Assembly (NCBI GenBank): GCA_000175855.1
Contig: ACYB01000018.1
Location: 1-5,227, forward strand
Direction of reading: 5' to 3'
DNA length: 5,227 nucleotides
Source: Raphidiopsis brookii D9
GTDB lineage: Bacteria; Cyanobacteriota; Cyanobacteriia; Cyanobacteriales; Nostocaceae
Part shown: positions 1 to 5,227 of the stretch, piece by piece
Numbering within the stretch: the stretch's first letter is position 1
How the letters are laid out: each line of letters opens with the position of its first letter
Position numbers and translations under genes: made by a program
The notes under the pieces: generated by a model
Database searches by the model: none
What the model saw: only the letters and a program-made list of their open reading frames with translations
What the model was told of the DNA's origin: nothing

Positions 1-55
1 ATGGGGTGAGTGCTGGGGAATTTATGAAGGGGGTAAAGGGCGATCGCGCAAGTGC

Positions 56-99
56 GAGTGCTTTGCAAACGCGCTGGGAGTGCTTGGCAAATGCACTGG
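56..99 (+). repeat. Two tandem 22-bp units
   Basis: gagtgctttgcaaacgcgctgg (56..77) and gagtgcttggcaaatgcactgg (78..99), 19/22 identical. Confidence 0.8.
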
Positions 100-119
100 G
101 GTAACTGCCATGCGATCGC
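78..119 (+). repeat. 42-bp interspersed repeat copy 1, ending in GCGATCGC (HIP1-like octamer)
   Basis: gagtgcttggcaaatgcactggggtaactgccatgcgatcgc; 39/42 identical to 5102..5143 by eye. Confidence 0.85.
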
Positions 120-188
120 GTGGAGGTCGTTTCATACCATTAATTGGTCTAAGGTATGATAGTTAGAGGTTAACAGGGTCAGTTCTTT

Positions 189-617
189 TTAATCCCCTAA
201 CAAAACTCTAATGGCTTTTAAAGCTTGGCTACGTTTCCCGTTGCTAATCTTGGCAAACCAGTAATGTGATTCTTCATAACTCATCGCTTGTATCCCTTCG
301 GCAATATTATTTATCTTTTCTATTTTTGAAAGCGGTTGTATGGTCTGAAATAATAAGGCTAGGTTTACTCCTGTTTCTTCATTTAATATGTAATGAGCTT
401 GTCTATTATAATTCAAGGTCTTTGGATCATATTTATTCGCTTTTAAACAATTATAAACCATCTCCCGAACTTGTATTAGTGTACTACTTTTTAATCTGCC
501 AATTCTTTTGGCAGCAGGACGTTTCTTTTCTCCTGCTTTTTTATAGGCACATTGATATAATTCAATGGCAAAGTTATTATTATCTGTGGGGACTACTCGC
601 AATTGAAATTCCTGCAT
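189..617 (-). CDS. Small basic uncharacterised protein, downstream partner of the DUF499 ATPase (142 aa)
   Basis: The track ORF runs 189..647 from a TTG. A better start is the internal ATG at 615..617 (MQEFQLRVVPTDNNNFAIELYQCAYKKAG...), 10 bp after the DUF499 stop codon (628..630) on the same strand. The gene is co-directional and tightly spaced. I do not firmly recognise the family. Confidence 0.75.
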   Translation of the reverse strand: MQEFQLRVVPTDNNNFAIELYQCAYKKAGEKKRPAAKRIGRLKSSTLIQVREMVYNCLKANKYDPKTLNYNRQAHYILNEETGVNLALLFQTIQPLSKIEKINNIAEGIQAMSYEESHYWFAKISNGKRSQALKAIRVLLGD

Positions 618-627
618 GTTAAAACTT

Positions 628-3600
628 TTAATAGCTAAATTTGGCAACTAAGTTCAAATTGTCTACTGGATTCCTCTCCAGTGCTTTTTTAATATCTCCT
701 ATTTCTACTCCTTCTACTATAATTGGTGACGAAAATTTAAATTCTAATTTCAATAGTAGATCGGCTTTTACTTGCGGGTTATGCAAAAGATTATTCAGCG
801 CTCCCTGAAAGGCTTTAAATCCTTTCTCTGGTCCTTGATACTCTAATCTCACAAACTGCTCTTGTAAGCTAATTGTGGCTATATGGTTGATATATAGAGG
901 GAATTTGGATACTAGGGGAATAACAGTAAATAACTTTCTATAGTCTATGGGTTCTGTGACGGAAATTTCTATTTCGTTTATTCCTGATGGTTTATGGTCT
1001 TTGATGAAATCACTCAGTTTTACAAAACTGCTATTTACGGTTCCTGCACATTCAAATGTTGGTGGTTTGACTGCAAAAATAGGTGCTGATTCTTCTCTAC
1101 TAAATCCCCTTTTTGTGTTTTTTACGATGTCATAATTCACACTTTGATTATCACTAGCTCCTAGGAAAGCTGTGGTTTCTTTCTCTAGAATTTCTCCATC
1201 CCCATAGTCTACAACTATTTTAAAAGTTGTGGTTTCACTAATTTCAGTGGTATATTCATCCCGGGGTCGAAAGTCCCTGGGTATAATTTCTCCTTTTTCG
1301 TAAATTTTTATGTTTAACGCTCCTGTTGCTTTCCACCCTAGTCGAACTGGTTTTTTCATATCTTTACTAGACATGACCTGTGCATCTATTTCAATGTCTC
1401 TTGGTTTTGGTGGTTGTAAAATCCCCGGTCGATACAACTCTACTCTGTCTGAAAACTCTATGGAATCAGGAATTTTTAGGTTTTCACTTTTGATAAATAC
1501 TTTGTCTCCAATTTTCATATCCCATAAACCATCCAAAATCCCTTTGCGAATGGTGTCTCTTAGGCTAATTATTTCTCCGTCTAAAAACATTTTTAACCTT
1601 ATATCTTTGAAAAAGGCTTCTTTCATGTCTTTTGTTGTCCAGTGATCAATGCCTGCTGGCCAAACTTTTTGTATTATGTAACCGGGTGCATAAGGTTCTG
1701 AATTCTCTTTTCTAATCTTGCCACAGTCTCTTAATTTGTTTAGTAACATTTCTTGTTGTTTCTTTTTTTGGTCACTAGCATCGTTCGCTGGCAAAGGATA
1801 GTGCATTAATCCTTTTGGTGCTTTGATCTGATCGCGCTCAGGGTAAAACAGGTGACGGTAGGTGTTGGTGATCGATACTCTTACATTTAACTTATATTTA
1901 CCTTCTCTTTCTTTGAGCTTTTTTTGTTGACTCTCGGATAAATCCTGTATTTTATCGGGGGATTTGATTATATTTTCTATGGCAATATATTCCCTCATGT
2001 TATCCAAACTACGTTCTAATTCTTGTTTGTTGGCTACTAGGAATAATAATCGGTTTTTATAAATGCGGAATTTTCCTGATTCTCCTGTGTTTTCAAAAAT
2101 TCTTTCTACTATTGTGGGTACACTATGGGTGGTGTCTGAAATGGTTTGTTCATCAAAGTCTATTACACATAAGGCTATACTATCTGCTACGTCATGTACA
2201 TCACTGGGATTCACTGGTGCGGAAATTAGTGTAAAACTATGATCGGCAAAAATTGTATCCCGTTCTTTTCTTAAACGTTCCTTGGTTTCTATGTTGGTTA
2301 TTTGCTCTTTTTCTTGGGCAATCACTTTGTTGAGTGATGGCTCTTCTTTAAATTTGGCAGTAGATGTAATTTGGTCATAATCTAAATACCAAGCTACTGC
2401 TGTTAATCTTTCTAAGACTGTTTCTACAAAACTAATATCCATTCCTGGTGTGAGCAAAGATAAATTCAGCTCTGGAACGCGAATACCTGATGCGGTTCCC
2501 TGGTTGAGGGAATTGAGAAAGATGGTTCTAGCTACCCAAGTGGTGAAGGGTGGTTTATCCGCTGCTTTCCATTCCCTATCCTGTATTTGACTATGTGCTT
2601 CCCGACCATCGGAATTATAAATGTCTGCTTGGATGGGTATTCGCATTAGTTGTCTATCTAAACGAGAAGTTAAATCTCCGGTAATTTCTTCTTCTAGACC
2701 CAGGGGGATATGATGGGGATGAATCATGGGGATCCAAAAGGATGCGTTTTCACTGGTTGTAGATGTATTCTGAGCTAAGTCTTCTAATTTTTGCCAAAGA
2801 TAACGAATTACTATGGCTAATAAGCGCAATGCTCCCCTGGTCCGTTGGAAATTAGGAATGGATGCTATTTTCTTAGTGAGTAGATTAAATAGTTCTGGGT
2901 GAAATGGATAGCTCTGTTCAATGCTCTTAGCATAACTAGTATCTTTACATCCACTGGGTAGATCTAAACGACTATTTCTATAAACTTGCATATATTCCTC
3001 TGCTGCATCCCGTGCTGCACTGGAATATATATTACTAAACATTCTCTGCTTGACTATATTGTATATCTCTACATCTGAACTGGGTTTGATGATTATTTCC
3101 TGTCTTGCGGAAATAGAAAGAGCTTCGCTTATTTCTCTGGTCTCCTCTCCAAAACTGTCACTAGCGGAGGCTAGGGTATATACTAAGACGATATTATTAG
3201 TGGAGGCGGCTAAGTCCATGAGCGCAAATAAAAAGGCTACAACTTGTTCGGCTAAGTTACTATCATTTACGGTTATTGCTTTTGCCCTCCTCAAGTACAT
3301 TGCTATTTCATCCAGAATAATCACTGTGGGAGCATCTTGAATAATTCTTCTCAACACGTCCGTTCCAGGACTAACTTTTTGTTGATCTGAACCTTTGAGT
3401 AAGCTATAAGCTTCTACCTTCCCTAATTGGTAAGCAATTTCCCCCCACAGGGTATAGGTTGTAATTCCGGTGTCGGGATGAAATATACCATCTATGGGTT
3501 CTAAGTCTTGACAGGCAATGGCTGCAGCTTGAACTGCACAACTTGGTATAATTTCGATGTTATGAGTAAATCTTTCTATCCCTGGAATTTTTCTACCATT

Positions 3601-3855
3601 TTTTGCGATGTGCCATAAGGCTATTTCATCATGGGTTTTACCACCCCCAAAGCTGGTCTCTAATCTAATTACGGGTGAACCTACTGTAGTTCCACTGAGT
3701 CTACCAAAACCTTGAGTGATTAAATTTTTTAATCCATCCGTGGCAAAGGTATTTTCAAAGAAGGTTTTCGGGTCGTTATATACTTGGGGTGCAGTACCTT
3801 TTACTACTGATTCTAATTTGGCAGCAAACAGATCTAATGACAGTTCTCCTGCCAA
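628..3855 (-). CDS. DUF499-domain (COG1483-like) P-loop ATPase, anti-phage-defence-associated type; probably 5'-truncated
   Basis: 1075-aa open frame with no internal stops. It has a P-loop-like motif ETSFGGGKTH (FGGGKTH at 3631..3651), a Walker B-like TVIILDEIAMY (3295..3327) and a following strand IVLVYTLASASDSFGEET. The N-terminal text AGELSLDLFAAKLESV...YNDPKTFFENTFATDGLK...SPVIRLETSFGGGKTHDEIALWHI matches my recollection of DUF499 family proteins. The track 'M' is a TTG codon (3853..3855). The same frame continues upstream as L-A-P-C-P-E-I to a TAA at 3877..3879, with no ATG/GTG and no clear RBS. Confidence 0.85.
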   Translation of the reverse strand: MAGELSLDLFAAKLESVVKGTAPQVYNDPKTFFENTFATDGLKNLITQGFGRLSGTTVGSPVIRLETSFGGGKTHDEIALWHIAKNGRKIPGIERFTHNIEIIPSCAVQAAAIACQDLEPIDGIFHPDTGITTYTLWGEIAYQLGKVEAYSLLKGSDQQKVSPGTDVLRRIIQDAPTVIILDEIAMYLRRAKAITVNDSNLAEQVVAFLFALMDLAASTNNIVLVYTLASASDSFGEETREISEALSISARQEIIIKPSSDVEIYNIVKQRMFSNIYSSAARDAAEEYMQVYRNSRLDLPSGCKDTSYAKSIEQSYPFHPELFNLLTKKIASIPNFQRTRGALRLLAIVIRYLWQKLEDLAQNTSTTSENASFWIPMIHPHHIPLGLEEEITGDLTSRLDRQLMRIPIQADIYNSDGREAHSQIQDREWKAADKPPFTTWVARTIFLNSLNQGTASGIRVPELNLSLLTPGMDISFVETVLERLTAVAWYLDYDQITSTAKFKEEPSLNKVIAQEKEQITNIETKERLRKERDTIFADHSFTLISAPVNPSDVHDVADSIALCVIDFDEQTISDTTHSVPTIVERIFENTGESGKFRIYKNRLLFLVANKQELERSLDNMREYIAIENIIKSPDKIQDLSESQQKKLKEREGKYKLNVRVSITNTYRHLFYPERDQIKAPKGLMHYPLPANDASDQKKKQQEMLLNKLRDCGKIRKENSEPYAPGYIIQKVWPAGIDHWTTKDMKEAFFKDIRLKMFLDGEIISLRDTIRKGILDGLWDMKIGDKVFIKSENLKIPDSIEFSDRVELYRPGILQPPKPRDIEIDAQVMSSKDMKKPVRLGWKATGALNIKIYEKGEIIPRDFRPRDEYTTEISETTTFKIVVDYGDGEILEKETTAFLGASDNQSVNYDIVKNTKRGFSREESAPIFAVKPPTFECAGTVNSSFVKLSDFIKDHKPSGINEIEISVTEPIDYRKLFTVIPLVSKFPLYINHIATISLQEQFVRLEYQGPEKGFKAFQGALNNLLHNPQVKADLLLKLEFKFSSPIIVEGVEIGDIKKALERNPVDNLNLVAKFSY

Positions 3856-3868
3856 AATTTCTGGGCAT

Positions 3869-4141
3869 GGTGCTAGTTATGAGGCTTTTGAGTCCAACAG
3901 AGAGAAAACTTTGGCGGTGGTGAAGTTATTAGAAGTTATTGGGGAAGCTGTTAAAAAAATTCCTAATGAACGCCGTGAACTGTATCCAGATATACCTTGG
4001 AAATCTATAGCAGGTATGAAGGATATGCTTGTACATGAATATTGGCAGGTTGATGTAGCAGTTGTTTGGGCTACGGTTCAGCATTCTTTACCATCATTAA
4101 AAGCAATTGTAGTGATGGAATTGGAGAAGATGCAGGGATGA
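3869..4141 (+). pseudogene. HepT-like / DUF86 (HEPN-fold) toxin-family remnant, 5'-truncated
   Basis: The translation GASYEAFESNREKTLAVVKLLEVIGEAVKKIPNERRELYPDIPWKSIAGMKDMLVHEYWQVDVAVVWATVQHSLPSLKAIVVMELEKMQG has the characteristic HepT/DUF86 order: IGEA-K-P, YP-I-W-IAGM-D--(V/I)HEY, VVW-T-----P-L. The part of track ORF 3716..4141 upstream of ~3869 is antisense to the DUF499 gene. The N-terminal helix expected before (M)SYE-F is missing, and there is no credible start codon near the homology boundary. Confidence 0.75.
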
Positions 4142-4356
4142 GTAATTTGCCTATGAGAAGATTAGGGACAAATTCCCCACACGCAAGATAACGATATGTT
4201 ACGTACTAGTTAATTAAAAAGTTACTAATTTAATTGTATATCAATCAGTAAATATTACGGAATAATAAGATAATTTTACAACACCTCCATGTAAAGAGTT
4301 AAATATCACTTGATCAGCAATGATGATGTATGAATCAACGATCAAAAGGCGGAAAA

Positions 4357-4440
4357 ATGAAGAGATTTATTAAATCTTTAATCACTACTTGTTTGGTTGC
4401 TTTACTAGCTTTAACTATCTTTTCTAGTAATGCTTGGGCC
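4357..4440 (+). other. Sec signal peptide coding segment
   Basis: Basic n-region MKR..K, hydrophobic core LITTCLVALLALTIF and an AxA-type cleavage site (NAWA|YNQ). Confidence 0.8.
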
Positions 4441-5025
4441 TATAATCAAACTCAACTTGACCTTCTCAAAAGTGGAGTTGAACAATGGAATAATTGGAGT
4501 TTACACGGTGGAAGAGGAGGCGAAAATATTGACCTAACAGGAGCGGACTTAAGTGGTTTAGACTTAACGGATGCTTTTTTGCGCTTCTCAGACTTGAGTG
4601 GAGCAAATTTATCTGGTACTAACCTACATGATGCTGATCTGATTCGTGTTAATTTAAATAATGCTAATTTAGCTGGAGCAAATTTGACTGAAGCATCCTT
4701 TTCTGATACTGATTTTAGTGGAGCAAACCTAACTGGGGCAAATCTGAGTGGATACCACTATGTAAGTGATTTTGTCAATTTTCAAGGAGCTAACTTGACT
4801 GATGCTAACTTGAATAGTGAAGATCTCAAGGGATGTGATTCGAGTATATATTCTGGGTATAACAGATATAACAGATATAACAGATATAACAGCTTCGACG
4901 AATACAGATGCGAAAGCCATTTCGGTGAGAAAATAGGAGTTAGTTTCTATGGAGCAATTTACAATGAAAATACTCAATTTCCCCCTCAAGTAGATCCAGA
5001 ACTTGCTGTTGCCAAAAATTTTTAA
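4357..5025 (+). CDS. Secreted/periplasmic pentapeptide-repeat protein
   Basis: The track start is ATG 4330. The ATG at 4357 is preferred because AAAGGCGG lies just upstream and it gives a classic signal peptide, MKRFIKSLITTCLVALLALTIFSSNAWA. This is followed by A(D/N)LXX repeats (LTGADLSGLDLTDAFLRFSDLSGANLSGTNLHDADLIRVNLNNANLAGANLTEASFSDTDFSGANLTGANLSG) and a C-terminal TQFPPQVDPELA tail like those ending many pentapeptide proteins. Confidence 0.9.
   Translation: MKRFIKSLITTCLVALLALTIFSSNAWAYNQTQLDLLKSGVEQWNNWSLHGGRGGENIDLTGADLSGLDLTDAFLRFSDLSGANLSGTNLHDADLIRVNLNNANLAGANLTEASFSDTDFSGANLTGANLSGYHYVSDFVNFQGANLTDANLNSEDLKGCDSSIYSGYNRYNRYNRYNSFDEYRCESHFGEKIGVSFYGAIYNENTQFPPQVDPELAVAKNF
4858..4893 (+). 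repeat. In-frame 9-bp tandem repeat, four copies (TATAACAGA x3 + TATAACAGC), encoding YNRYNRYNRYNS
   Basis: Read directly: tataacaga tataacaga tataacaga tataacagc. Confidence 0.95.
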
Positions 5026-5101
5026 AATCCAAACTGTGATTATTACAACCACTATGATCCAGAATTCTATCCTAAGTGGTAAATGAGCGATCTCACATGG
5101 T

Positions 5102-5143
5102 GAGTGCTTCGCAAACGCGCTGGGGTAACTGCCATGCGATCGC
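5102..5143 (+). repeat. 42-bp interspersed repeat copy 2, ending in GCGATCGC (HIP1-like octamer)
   Basis: gagtgcttcgcaaacgcgctggggtaactgccatgcgatcgc; same orientation as 78..119. Confidence 0.85.
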
Positions 5144-5227
5144 AACCGATGTTCCAAAACCACAAGTACAAAACTGACTTTTGTTCTGGAGATCTTAAGT
5201 AAATACCCCCCTAAGAAGGTTTAAATT

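Noticed and set aside
266-622. 118-aa plus-strand ORF
   Set aside because: Fully antisense to the small partner protein. Its hydrophobic, leucine/tyrosine-rich translation is typical of reading AT-rich coding DNA backwards, with no recognised family.
947-1135. 62-aa plus-strand ORF
   Set aside because: Antisense inside the long DUF499 frame, with no independent support.
1310-1645. 111-aa plus-strand ORF
   Set aside because: Antisense inside the DUF499 frame, with no domain-like features.
3050-3340. 96-aa plus-strand ORF
   Set aside because: Antisense to the conserved ATPase core including Walker B, so explained by that gene.
3716-3868. N-terminal part of the track's 141-aa plus-strand ORF as a genuine HepT N-terminus
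   Set aside because: This stretch is antisense to the conserved DUF499 N-terminal region and does not resemble the HepT helix. The frame is open by chance.
3850-3880. Transposon end or target-site duplication at the gene junction
   Set aside because: I saw no terminal inverted repeats, duplicated target or transposase fragment near the junction.
4142-4329. Promoter or small RNA in the intergenic gap before the pentapeptide gene
   Set aside because: Very AT-rich with several TTG/TAxxxT-like strings but no properly spaced -35/-10 pair, so not supportable by eye.
4858-4893. Possible CRISPR-like or iteron array
   Set aside because: The units are directly adjacent 9-mers with no spacers, inside a coding frame. 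A microsatellite is the simpler explanation.
4729-5163. 144-aa minus-strand ORF
   Set aside because: Antisense to the pentapeptide gene. Its ISVISVISVIS segment is just the reverse reading of the 9-bp repeat.
5168-5184. Possible intrinsic terminator for the pentapeptide gene (acaaaa-ctgac-ttttgt)
   Set aside because: The stem is only 6 bp and AT-rich with no following T-tract, too weak to call.

Overview
The window looks like a cyanobacterial-type chromosome segment: GCGATCGC (HIP1-like) octamers lie in AT-rich intergenic DNA, and I recognise the protein families by eye only. Its main content is a long minus-strand gene for a DUF499/COG1483-type P-loop ATPase (open to 628..3855), a family repeatedly seen in phage-defence loci. 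It is followed 10 bp downstream by a small, basic, operon-like protein gene (best start ATG at 617, 142 aa). The 5' end of the ATPase gene abuts, head to head, a 5'-truncated HepT/DUF86 (HEPN) remnant on the plus strand. Both genes lose their N-terminal coding segments at the same ~20 bp (about 3855-3876), which indicates a rearrangement, deletion or assembly junction. Next on the plus strand is a secreted pentapeptide-repeat protein (4357..5025) with an in-frame 4 x 9-bp tandem repeat (YNR)n. Near-identical 42-bp direct repeats (39/42) carrying a GCGATCGC motif lie at both ends of the window. The best candidate for a defence system is the ATPase plus small-protein pair. The window does not contain the methyltransferase or helicase partner expected for DUF499 systems, and the ATPase N-terminus appears damaged, so function is uncertain.
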